DNA from: an uncultured Bacteroidota bacterium
GTDB taxonomy: Bacteria > Bacteroidota > Ignavibacteria > UBA10030
Direction: 5' to 3'
Assembly: GCA_963770945.1 (NCBI GenBank)
Contig: CAVYRP010000010.1
Location: 33,190-97,189 of the forward strand
DNA length: 64,000 nucleotides
The notes under the pieces were generated by a model, which saw nothing but the letters and a program-made list of their open reading frames with translations, had not been told where the DNA came from and did not search any database. Position 1 is the first letter of the stretch, and the number at the start of each line of letters is the position of its first letter. Below are positions 50,486 to 59,826 of the stretch, in pieces. The position numbers and the translations under genes were made by a program.

Positions 50486-53400
50486 TCAGGCCGGTAATCG
50501 GATTTCAAACATAGTTCCTTTACCGCGTTCGCTCGAGCAAGTTATCGTTCCACCATGGTCTTCAATGACTCTTCTTGCAATGGCAAGGCCAAGACCCATT
50601 CCTTCGGTCTTTGTCGAGAAATTCGGCTCGAATATCCTTGTTCGTATTTCTTCGGGAATTCCCGGACCTGTATCGGATATTTTAATGATGCATAAATGTT
50701 TTTCCAAAAATGTTTCGGCTGTTATGGTGCCTGATTCCCGTATCGCCTGGATGGCATTTCTGACTATATTAATAAACACTCCGCGAAGCTGATCTCGATC
50801 TGCAATAATCATTGCCGTCGGCTGCGACGGTTTATGAACGAAGCTGATTTCTTGAACTTCACTGAACAAGTTTATTGTCTCTTTTAGAAGATCGTCAATA
50901 TTGAGCCGTTCGAACTTGCTTGCAGGCATTTTTGCAAAACTTGAAAATTCAGAAGCAATTCGTGAAAGCACTTCAATCTGATCGATTACCGTCTGTGTCA
51001 CACGCTGAAGAATCTCTTCCCTATCGGGTGCCTTGTCTTTAAATGCCTGGCGAACATGCTGTATCGATAGTTTGATAGGAGTAAGAGGATTTCTTATTTC
51101 GTGAGCGATCTGCTTCGCCATTTCTTTCCACGCACTTTCACGTTCATGCTTTGAAAGTTCTTCTCTGCTCTTCCGCAATTTTAGGACCATTTCGTTAAAT
51201 GAGCGGGCAAGAACGCCGATTTCATCCCGGGAACGCGTCTCAACCCGTACATCAAGATTTCCATCGGAAACTTCTTTAGCCGCAAGCGTTAGTTGACGCA
51301 GCGGCCGGGCGAAACGAAAAGCAAGCAATCCGCCTCCGATCAAGGCGATTCCAAAAACTACTGCATACGCGCCAAATACATAGGCATTTCGTTTTGCCAA
51401 TTCTGACTCTATTTCCTTTTCCCTATTCAACGTCGGAATTGCAATTACGCCGACAATAGAACCGGCTATTGAAATCGGAGCGTACCCCACTACATATTCA
51501 ACAGACCCGATTTTCTCTTTCGTCAGGATGTTACTTTTTCCTCCAAGAATAGAAGCGGAAAAGACCTCACCGTTGAGCCTCCCATCCAGAAATCCGGCAC
51601 GATAAAGCTCAGACAGGCTGCTGGCTTGAATTGACGCATCGCGATAAACCGAGAAGTCGATGCCGTATTCACCGGCAACCGCTTCACAGAAATCATCATC
51701 AACTCCAAGTCTAAAATCTTTTTCATCCACAATATAATTACCGATACGATCCTGCAATTGAGATAATTCACGATATAGCGTCGCTTCAACTTGTTCCTGT
51801 ATTCTTTCCGATGCAAGTCGTTTATTGTAATAGCTTAAAATTGTCAACGGTAAAAGCGTTATACAGGCAAAACCTAGAAAAAGCTTGCCTTTGAATCCTA
51901 TGACCGCCGGACTGCCCCGGTCTCGTCCGCGGACAGAAATGTAAATTCCCATCAAAGCCAAAACACTCAGGCAAATAATAAACTCCTTTAAATAGTTGAA
52001 TAGTTCCCATCTGACATCAAGTTTTTCCAGGCTGATGGATATGTTTTTTTCCGGCGCTTCTGTGCTCCTTAAAAAAACGGTTTGAGTCTCATAACCGTTT
52101 ATATTGATATCTTTCCATACTATAGAACTCGGCGCTTTCTGAAGTTCAGATGCAATTTCCGGAGATAAAATCCTGTCAGGAACCAGCCGGCTTCCCGTTG
52201 AAAATACAAGCGTATCCTTTTGATATTCATGAATAGCAATTTCACGAACTATATCGTTTTCAAATCTATCTCCAAATTGCCGAAGAGGCTCAGTTTCCTG
52301 ATCATAAAAAGAGGTTTTCTGCTGCTCAGAAAGAAGCAGCGCGAGACTGCCTATGAAATTCTCATTCGTATCGCGAACTGTTATCCAGGCGCCATAAAGT
52401 TTACCTAACTTTTTTTGTCCTGTCCTTCCTATAAAATGAACGGCATTCTCTTCACCTTCAAACACACGCGTAAGAATTTCTTTTTGCTCCAGTTTATTTA
52501 TCCCTACAACAAATCTATCTACTTCATCCCCCTTTTTATCGTATAGAACCAGGGCAGAGTTATATCCTTCTTTACCCAGCAAAGTTTTCGCCCATAGAAC
52601 AAATGCAAGATTTGATTTTCTAGCTTCGGTGATATCGCCAGCCGTATATTCATTCTTGATGCTTTCAATAGAAGTACGGATTCCGTCAAGAACTACATAG
52701 GACAGCCAATTGTCCGAAGGACGCAATAATTCTTTTGCGACAACTTCAGTCTCCCTGCATTCTCTCTGCCGGAGTCTCTGATGCATCATCGGTGTGCCAA
52801 GTATAAACGATCCCAGCACCAGCAGTACTGCTGTCCGCCATCTTACCGGCAGTGTAATTATCTTTGAATTATCCCAATAAGAAAGTAATCCCGCCAAAAC
52901 AACGCTGAATAACAGGAACAAAAAAATACTCAAATATTGCGATTGCGGAGTTTCATCGATCCAGATAAATAACAGGATACCCGGAAGTAATAAGGCGATG
53001 TAAAAGATATGAATATTTAGATTCGTTGAACGGAGCTGAAAAGGCAATATTCTTCTTGCTTTCCAAAGCAGCGCAGTCGAAATACATAATAACGAAAAAC
53101 CGAGTAAAAGAACAATAAGGAGCATAATCGCCGATATTCCATCCGGCAATATCTCCGACGGATTATTGAACCGTATCGTCGAATCAAAAACAAAACTTCT
53201 CAATGCCTCGCTAAATCCCCGGAATATCCAGAGTACTAAAAGAACAATTATTAAAACGAGGAATAGCGAAGCGGCCTGTTTAATATGCGAAACCGATCGG
53301 GCAGCAGATACGTCTTTTTGTTTATCAAATACGGTATACGAAAATAAGATCCATGCCGATATCGTAATTGTTAAAACGCTTAGAATCAATTCTCCTATTG

Positions 53401-54382
53401 AAGAGCTTAATCCGAAAACAAATGGAGATGAGTATAATTTCGGATTGAAAAGCCAGCCGCCGATAATACCGGCAGGGAATTCCACACCGCGCCACACCAA
53501 TCGAATCAGCCAAAGAGAAAGTATGCATGCAACGGCCGGCATCCGTTTATTTTGAATATGGGCTGCCCATAATATTCCGATATATGCCGCAAATATGCTT
53601 CCAAGAGCGAAACAAAAGCCGATCAATATCGAAAATATTTCGACGGAGGAGGCAATTTCACTTTCGACGGTTTTTTCTCCCGCAGTGAATTCAACGACTG
53701 CATTGCCTTCACTATCAAGAATGGTAATTATGGATTCTTCCTGAGCGGGCTGGATAGCGTGCGGAATTTTTAATGTAACTTTTACTTTCAATTTCTGTGA
53801 AAGGTCTTCGCTAAGGCTCACTTTTTGAATAAACCTGTTTGAAATTGGAGAATTTATTTCGAGGGGTTCGCTCGCCGTCAAATAATATTTTCCTGCAACG
53901 ATGCATTTGCCGGCTGTCAGATAAGTACGCAGTCCGTTTTGTGTGACACGGATAAACTGTCCCGATGGATTCTGTCTGAGAACATCGGCATATCTTTGTG
54001 TTATGCTTGGTCCATTCCAGGCGATAGAATTTCCCTGCGAATCTATAAGGTCAAGTGTTTGATAATCATGGAGCAGATAGGAATTTAATGTCCTGAATGT
54101 ATTAAGAACGGCAGGTACGCCGTTCACATTTAAACTTGATGCGAGAGACGTGTCAGCAGAAATTTTATCAAGTATCTTAGTCAGTTGTTCAACTCTATCC
54201 TGGAAAGCGCTGCGAATTATTTGTTCATTCTGCAATTGCCGGATATTGCGCTGAGCATCCCACCGATAAACGATATATGAAGGAATGAAAATCCTTATTG
54301 TGTAAAGTATACCGGCTAGCGCAAGACAAATAAAAAAGCCCCATAACACGGGGCGGATATTTCGTATCGCGGAATTTCTCAT
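50486..54382 (-). CDS. very large multi-pass sensor histidine kinase (HAMP + HisKA + HATPase_c)
   Basis: Intact 1298 aa. Many TM helices in residues about 230-560. HAMP (FARPLRQLTLAAKEVSDGNLDVRVE), H-box IAHEIRNPLTPI, N/G boxes NIVRNAIQA, DTGPGIP, GMGLGLAI. Confidence 0.85.
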   Translation of the reverse strand: MRNSAIRNIRPVLWGFFICLALAGILYTIRIFIPSYIVYRWDAQRNIRQLQNEQIIRSAFQDRVEQLTKILDKISADTSLASSLNVNGVPAVLNTFRTLNSYLLHDYQTLDLIDSQGNSIAWNGPSITQRYADVLRQNPSGQFIRVTQNGLRTYLTAGKCIVAGKYYLTASEPLEINSPISNRFIQKVSLSEDLSQKLKVKVTLKIPHAIQPAQEESIITILDSEGNAVVEFTAGEKTVESEIASSVEIFSILIGFCFALGSIFAAYIGILWAAHIQNKRMPAVACILSLWLIRLVWRGVEFPAGIIGGWLFNPKLYSSPFVFGLSSSIGELILSVLTITISAWILFSYTVFDKQKDVSAARSVSHIKQAASLFLVLIIVLLVLWIFRGFSEALRSFVFDSTIRFNNPSEILPDGISAIMLLIVLLLGFSLLCISTALLWKARRILPFQLRSTNLNIHIFYIALLLPGILLFIWIDETPQSQYLSIFLFLLFSVVLAGLLSYWDNSKIITLPVRWRTAVLLVLGSFILGTPMMHQRLRQRECRETEVVAKELLRPSDNWLSYVVLDGIRTSIESIKNEYTAGDITEARKSNLAFVLWAKTLLGKEGYNSALVLYDKKGDEVDRFVVGINKLEQKEILTRVFEGEENAVHFIGRTGQKKLGKLYGAWITVRDTNENFIGSLALLLSEQQKTSFYDQETEPLRQFGDRFENDIVREIAIHEYQKDTLVFSTGSRLVPDRILSPEIASELQKAPSSIVWKDININGYETQTVFLRSTEAPEKNISISLEKLDVRWELFNYLKEFIICLSVLALMGIYISVRGRDRGSPAVIGFKGKLFLGFACITLLPLTILSYYNKRLASERIQEQVEATLYRELSQLQDRIGNYIVDEKDFRLGVDDDFCEAVAGEYGIDFSVYRDASIQASSLSELYRAGFLDGRLNGEVFSASILGGKSNILTKEKIGSVEYVVGYAPISIAGSIVGVIAIPTLNREKEIESELAKRNAYVFGAYAVVFGIALIGGGLLAFRFARPLRQLTLAAKEVSDGNLDVRVETRSRDEIGVLARSFNEMVLKLRKSREELSKHERESAWKEMAKQIAHEIRNPLTPIKLSIQHVRQAFKDKAPDREEILQRVTQTVIDQIEVLSRIASEFSSFAKMPASKFERLNIDDLLKETINLFSEVQEISFVHKPSQPTAMIIADRDQLRGVFINIVRNAIQAIRESGTITAETFLEKHLCIIKISDTGPGIPEEIRTRIFEPNFSTKTEGMGLGLAIARRVIEDHGGTITCSSERGKGTMFEIRLPA

Positions 54383-54395
54383 TTTATCATCATTT

Positions 54396-54863
54396 TCAAT
54401 AAATATTGAATTGGCTGATGATCCATTTTGAGTCTTGCTTTGTCAATGAAACATAAACCTGTGCGGATTTCTGAATTCCTTTTTGGATATAAATAAAGCG
54501 GCCGGTTGCATACGGCATATTACCTTTTTCATAAATTTTCGAGAATTCAAATGAATTTAACCGGCGCTCTGAAAAATAACCAACCAGAACCGATACCGCT
54601 TGATTAGATGAATAGTATCCATGTTCACCCGAGCTAATTGTCATTGAAATTATATCGCCAAGTTCATTTTTAAAATATTCTACAGAATTATTTTGCAATC
54701 CGAATTCCACTTTTTTAAAAATCTCTGCCGTTGGAGAGCGCTGAATTCTTGAATTAACAGCAGATACTTTATCAGAATTTTCTATTGGGCCGGTCACTGA
54801 ACGAGGTTTCACCTGCGCCTCAAGAATAGACGATACAAGCAGTATGACGAGAAACCATTTCAT
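54396..54863 (-). CDS. small secreted protein (DUF4783-like, weak)
   Basis: 155 aa with a signal peptide MKWFLVILLVSSILEAQ. Its general pattern recalls DUF4783 of Bacteroidota. Confidence 0.35.
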   Translation of the reverse strand: MKWFLVILLVSSILEAQVKPRSVTGPIENSDKVSAVNSRIQRSPTAEIFKKVEFGLQNNSVEYFKNELGDIISMTISSGEHGYYSSNQAVSVLVGYFSERRLNSFEFSKIYEKGNMPYATGRFIYIQKGIQKSAQVYVSLTKQDSKWIISQFNIY

Positions 54864-54971
54864 TGTTCGTGTCCAAATTATCAGAAAACGTGGAGAAAGT
54901 CAATGAATGAAAAAGCAATCCTTCCGCATAAGAAGGATTGCTTTTAATCCTGCAGCACCTATTCGTTGATT

Positions 54972-55771
54972 TCAGTTCAGGTGGAGTTTACGTTCCAGCG
55001 GTTTTCTTTCAGTCGTAGACGGCCTTGTAACCTTAAGTTCAGGATTTGTTTTTGCAGTCTGATACGCCCAATCGAATACCAGATCGGCTTACATCTGCAT
55101 CTCTCACGCGAATTTTTGCATAATGGTCATCCCATGTCCAAATAATATAAGTATGACCGATTACAGCTTCAGCCGTTTTTGACGGCGCCCATCCTTGCGC
55201 AGGCGCATACGAAATATCATCGAGCGAGCTTGTATATCCCATATCTTGAATATCACTGTCATCCCACACGCTGACAACACAGCGGCCGTTTATATTTTCA
55301 AAAAATAAATCCGTTTCTTCATCGTCATATCTAAGAACGGCATATTGAGAAAAATTATATCCGGCAACATTGGGTGAGAACTGATAATTAGATAAAACTA
55401 CACCGTATCCTTCCGGGCGTGGTGTATCGTATATGACTTCTTTACTCAGTTCACTTTCATTATTATTATAGTCATACGCACTTACTGCATAATAGGATGT
55501 AACGCCGTTTACTGCTTCGTAATCAATGAAACTCGTTGAATAAATTGAACCAATCAAAGAATAATACCCATCGTAACTATCACTCACCCACACTCTATAA
55601 CCTTTCACATCTTCCGCCTGGCTTTCAAGCCATTGTAATTCTACCGCATTGTCGAGAGAAATAGTTCTGATTCCCTGCGGAGGCGGCGGGGCTTCGGTAT
55701 CAATATCGAATTCATGATCGCAGCCGGATAAAATGAGCGAAGCAAGCAAGTATTAGAAGTATTGGTCTCAT
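54972..55771 (-). pseudogene. lipoprotein with fibronectin-III-like domain, frame broken at both ends
   Basis: ORF 55039..55749 lacks a start. A hand-read upstream frame gives MRPILLIL.. (ATG 55769-71), joining ..LASLILSGCDHE (lipobox). The tail in another frame is ADLVFDWAYQTAKTNPELKV..*, with the stop at 54972-74. Confidence 0.5.
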
Positions 55772-55922
55772 GATTCTTCCTTTCAATAACTTTCCTGCCG
55801 GAAGTAAATCAAAGAACGTGCCAGTAGAAATCCGGATAAAATCGGCATTTCAATGAAGTTTAATATTATCTAATGTATAAAAAACAAGTAAGCTGTCTGC
55901 TTTACTAAACAGTCAGGATATT

Positions 55923-57206
55923 TTATGCAAACCACGATTTTCCATTATTAATGATCCCGACTGCCTTCCCTTTTAATTTCCATCCATGGAACGGCGAGTT
56001 CTTTGATTTCGATTTGAATGCCTGAATATCTACGATCCATTCTTCTTCCGGATCGAACACAGTCAGGTTCGCCTTTTCACCTTCCTGAATATCTATTACC
56101 GGCAGGGAAAGTATACGGCGCGGATTGACAGAGAATTTTTCGATTAATTGATTTAGAGTCAGGAATTTTTTAGCCACCAGCTCGGTCACTGCCAATCCAA
56201 CAGCAGTTTCTAATCCGACAATTCCGAATGGGGCTTGTGCATATTCCACTTCCTTATCATCGATCGTATGCGGTGCGTGGTCGGTGGCGATAACATCAAT
56301 AGTTCCGTCGCGTAAGGCCTCTTTGATAGCCTGTACATCATCTTTCGTTCTTAGCGGCGGATTCATTTTTAGATTCGTATCAAAACTTTCAATCGCTTCA
56401 TCTGTAAGTGTAAAATGATGAGGTGCAGCTTCGCAGGTAATATTTAATTTTTCAGATTTTGCCCGCCTGACACATTTAATTGAGCCTGTCGTACTAATAT
56501 GTGCGACGTGATACTTTGAATGCGGGATATAGCGCAGGAGAATAATATCCCGTTCGATCATAAGCTCTTCAGCAATCGGCGGAATTCCCGGCATTCCAAG
56601 ACGAGTGGCAACCAGCCCTTCATTCATGGATCCATTCTTTGTCATCGTTTGTTCTTCCGCATGCTGAATAACAGGAATATTATACATAGACGAGTATTCA
56701 AGGATACGCCGCATTATTTCAGCATTTGCAATAGGCGATCCGTCGTCCGAAAATCCGACTGCTCCTGCTTGTGATAACTCGGCCATCGGCGATAATTCTT
56801 CTCCTTTACGCCCCTTGGTTGCCGCCGCAATCGGATATACGTCCACAAGGCCGCCTGTGACGCGTCTCCCTTCTTCCTGGACATAACGGACTACTGATTC
56901 TTCATCAATTGTAGGATTGGTATTCGGCATACAGCAGACTGCCGTAAATCCTCCGGCTGCTGCAGAAGCGCATCCCGTTTCAATCGTCTCTTTATGTTCG
57001 TACCCCGGTTCACGCAAATGCACATGCATATCGATAAATCCCGGAGCAATAATCTTGTTCTTTAAATCGATGGTTTTAAAAGAACTGTCGGCGGAAAGCG
57101 ACTTTCCGATACGGTCTATTTTTCCATCCACGATCAGCATATCTGTAACAACATCTTTTCCTTTTACGGGATCAATAAGGCGTCCTGATTTTAAATGTAG
57201 TTTCAT
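55923..57206 (-). CDS. pyrC: dihydroorotase
   Basis: 427 aa. DMHVHLREPG and ..ATDHAPH.. metal ligand motifs. Last gene of the pyrR-pyrB-pyrC operon. Confidence 0.9.
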   Translation of the reverse strand: MKLHLKSGRLIDPVKGKDVVTDMLIVDGKIDRIGKSLSADSSFKTIDLKNKIIAPGFIDMHVHLREPGYEHKETIETGCASAAAGGFTAVCCMPNTNPTIDEESVVRYVQEEGRRVTGGLVDVYPIAAATKGRKGEELSPMAELSQAGAVGFSDDGSPIANAEIMRRILEYSSMYNIPVIQHAEEQTMTKNGSMNEGLVATRLGMPGIPPIAEELMIERDIILLRYIPHSKYHVAHISTTGSIKCVRRAKSEKLNITCEAAPHHFTLTDEAIESFDTNLKMNPPLRTKDDVQAIKEALRDGTIDVIATDHAPHTIDDKEVEYAQAPFGIVGLETAVGLAVTELVAKKFLTLNQLIEKFSVNPRRILSLPVIDIQEGEKANLTVFDPEEEWIVDIQAFKSKSKNSPFHGWKLKGKAVGIINNGKSWFA

Positions 57207-57217
57207 GTGCTATTCCT

Positions 57218-58138
57218 TTAATTGGATGTTCCAAGTAAGTAGAGTACGGCCATCCTGACTGCTTCGCCGTTAGTCACTTGCTCAAGAATTACGGAGTGCG
57301 GCCCGTCCGCAAGATCGGCTGATAATTCAACATCGCGATTAATCGGACCCGGATGCATAATAGTAATCGGTTTGGGCGCCTTATCGACTTTTTCTTTCGT
57401 AACGCCGAAAAAGCGGTGATATTCACGAAGCGACGGGAAAAGTCCGCTCTTTTGCCGCTCCAATTGAATGCGAAGAACATTTAGTGCATCTACCTGCGTA
57501 ACGACATCTTCCAATTTATGATACACACGAACACCAAGTTCTTCGATGTTTTTTGGAATTAATGTTGCAGGTCCGCATACGGATACTTCAGCTCCCATCG
57601 TTTTTAATCCATATATGTTCGAGCGTGCAACGCGGCTATGGGTAATATCGCCGACAATGCAGACACGAAGCCCTTCAAGCTTTCCATATTTCTCTCTCAA
57701 CGTCATCATATCGAGCAGCGCTTGAGTAGGATGTTCATGCGCGCCATCGCCTGCATTAATCACATTTGCTTTCACTACGCGAGTCAGGAAGTGCGGCGCT
57801 CCTGACGATGCATGACGAATAACGACCATATCGATTTTCATCGCTTCAATATTGCGTGCTGTATCCTTGAGTGTTTCTCCTTTGCTCACACTGCTGCCCT
57901 GAGCGGCAAAATTCACGACATCAGCCGAGAGCCGCCGTTCTGCAAGCTCGAATGAAATCCGAGTGCGAGTGGAACTCTCGAAAAACAGATTTACTATTGT
58001 TTTTCCCTGCAGCGGGGGGACCTTTTTTATCGGCCTTTCCAGCACTTCTTTAAATGAAACTGCAGTATCAAGAATAAGCGTAATATCTTCTTTACGCACT
58101 CCTTCCAATCCGAGCAAATGACGGCTTTGTAGTTTCAT
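57218..58138 (-). CDS. pyrB: aspartate carbamoyltransferase catalytic subunit
   Basis: 306 aa. FFESSTRTRISFE, HEHPTQALLD, HPGPINR. Confidence 0.95.
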   Translation of the reverse strand: MKLQSRHLLGLEGVRKEDITLILDTAVSFKEVLERPIKKVPPLQGKTIVNLFFESSTRTRISFELAERRLSADVVNFAAQGSSVSKGETLKDTARNIEAMKIDMVVIRHASSGAPHFLTRVVKANVINAGDGAHEHPTQALLDMMTLREKYGKLEGLRVCIVGDITHSRVARSNIYGLKTMGAEVSVCGPATLIPKNIEELGVRVYHKLEDVVTQVDALNVLRIQLERQKSGLFPSLREYHRFFGVTKEKVDKAPKPITIMHPGPINRDVELSADLADGPHSVILEQVTNGEAVRMAVLYLLGTSN

Positions 58139-58689
58139 TACTTTTTCTCCTTCTCGTCATTCTCAATTAGGTAGACTGCATCTTCTTCGTCCGCTTCAGT
58201 CATCTCAACCTTTACTTCCTGGCCGCGTGATGTCGGAACATTCTTGCCGACGAAGTCGGCTTTAATGGGAAGTTCACGATGGCCCCGATCGACGAGCACA
58301 AGCAGCTGGATCATTGCAGGCCGCCCCAGATCCATCAAGGCATTGAGTGCGGATCGGATTGTCCGTCCTGTAAAGAACACATCATCTATAAGGACAACTA
58401 CTTTGCCCCTGATATCGAAAAGTATCTCGGAGCTTTTCAATTGAGGCTGCTCCAGGCGGCCGCGGAGGTCATCGCGGTACAGCGTAATATCCAGCACGCC
58501 GACCTGTACTTTCATATTTTCTATTTCTTCCAATTTCTTTGCAATACGGTGAGCCAGATATTCGCCTCGCGTCCTGATGCCGACGAGTACGACATCCTGA
58601 ACACCCTTATTTTTTTCTACTAATTCGTGCGAGAGACGGTTCACTGTTCGCCGGAGGCCGTCGGCATCGAGCACTTGTGTTTTCATCAT
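58138..58689 (-). CDS. pyrR: bifunctional pyrimidine operon regulator / uracil phosphoribosyltransferase PyrR
   Basis: 183 aa. PRPP motif VVLIDDVFFTGRTIRSAL. Stop overlaps the pyrB start. Confidence 0.95.
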   Translation of the reverse strand: MMKTQVLDADGLRRTVNRLSHELVEKNKGVQDVVLVGIRTRGEYLAHRIAKKLEEIENMKVQVGVLDITLYRDDLRGRLEQPQLKSSEILFDIRGKVVVLIDDVFFTGRTIRSALNALMDLGRPAMIQLLVLVDRGHRELPIKADFVGKNVPTSRGQEVKVEMTEADEEDAVYLIENDEKEKK

Positions 58690-58704
58690 AATTCACCTTT
58701 CTTA

Positions 58705-58795
58705 AAATGAAAAACCCCCAGTTCCATCGAATTAGGAAAAGGGGGTAATACAACGAAGTTCGTCATTATATCCCTTTCCTACCTCTCTGGATAGG
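58705..58795 (-). promoter_or_regulatory. PyrR-binding attenuator in the pyrR leader
   Basis: The minus-strand leader contains AUCCAGAGAGGUAGG (plus coordinates 58779-58793), matching the PyrR box ..UCCAGAGAGG... Downstream is a terminator CCCCCUUUUCC..GGAACUGGGGG + UUUUUCAUUUU (58705-58746), just before the SD/ATG. Confidence 0.7.
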
Positions 58796-58829
58796 AATTA
58801 AAGGAACTGCTCAAAGAACATATACTTCG

Positions 58830-58904
58830 TGGGCGCTGCGGGGATCGAACCTGCGACCTTACGCGTGTGAGGCGTACGCTCTGAACCAGCTGAGCTAAGC
58901 GCCC
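58830..58904 (-). tRNA. tRNA-Val (anticodon CAC)
   Basis: Hand fold: GGGCGCT-TA-GCTC-AGCTGGTTCA-GAGC-G-TACGC-CTCACAC-GCGTA-AGGTC-GCAGG-TTCGATC-CCCGC?-AGCGCCC-A. Acceptor, anticodon and T arms all pair. 75 nt. Confidence 0.88.
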
Positions 58905-59293
58905 GTAGCCGCCTCAATCATTTGTATAATATACGAACACTTCAGATGCCGTGCAAGAAATATTCTGATTAATTGCTTTTTCTCCAGGCATTCATGGCAT
59001 TCGCAAAGGCCTCGTAAATATTCCCAGGTATAAATACCGGTTTCATGTTTATCGCCCCATGAAATCTGAATTGCATAATGACCCACTTGCTGAATTCCAA
59101 TAAGATTATACCGCCCTGGCAACTGCGGCTGCGGAGCCGGTGTATACTTTCTGAGAAGCACAGTCTCGCCCCGGCATCCTGCACACGGGCAGTTATCCCG
59201 CAGTGTTTGAAGTGAAATTATACCGGAATGCCCGTCATCCCAATCGATGGCAAGCTCTTCATTCTGTGATAGTTTAATTTTTGTTGGGATCAT
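58895..59293 (-). CDS. DUF971 (gamma-butyrobetaine hydroxylase-like N-terminal) domain protein
   Basis: LAIDWDDGHSGIISLQTLRDNCPCAGC.. and ..ISWGDKHETGIYTWEYLRGLC are typical DUF971. The last about 30 residues look unrelated and the ORF runs 10 nt into tRNA-Val, so the true stop may have been lost. Confidence 0.7.
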   Translation of the reverse strand: MIPTKIKLSQNEELAIDWDDGHSGIISLQTLRDNCPCAGCRGETVLLRKYTPAPQPQLPGRYNLIGIQQVGHYAIQISWGDKHETGIYTWEYLRGLCECHECLEKKQLIRIFLARHLKCSYIIQMIEAATGA

Positions 59294-59347
59294 ATTATTT
59301 AAGGAACGTAAATATTTAAAATTTCAAGAGAGACAATTGAATGCGAC

Positions 59348-59789
59348 TTATTTCAAATACAGCTTTTTTGCCCGGCAGACAGATTTTATCTGTCCGGCAG
59401 GCCCGCCTGAATAAATATCAAGAACGAGGCTGTCTCCGCTTACCTTTCCCTTTCCGGAAATCATAACTTTATCATTATGATAAGGGAACTTCTGTGCGTT
59501 TAAAAAAATACTGTCCCCTCTCAGTCTTCCGGCAATATTATATGCATTGGCGATATTCTCGAATAAATAAATTTGACGTTCGCTGCTGCTGTCCCGCACC
59601 TGCATGGTATATGAGTTTCTGCCCTTAAAATCCGCATGCGGCCCTTCTGCCACTTCATAGTCTTCGATTACAGAATAGCTGCCTGTGATTTTATTTTCTG
59701 CCGATTCAGGACGGCGTTTTCTGCACTTCTCTCCGGCAGCCCATCATCAACAGGAAAATTACAAACATAAATACAATCTTTTTCAACAT
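59348..59789 (-). pseudogene. small lipoprotein, frame broken once
   Basis: Hand-read MLKKIVFMFVIFLLMMGC (ATG 59787-89, lipobox) is out of frame with ORF 59348..59653 (..AENKITGSYSVIEDYEVAEGPHADFKG..). The shift lies near 59720. Confidence 0.45.
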
Positions 59790-59826
59790 TTTTTCCCGCT
59801 CTCCTTTTAAGAAGCCATAAGTTCCT

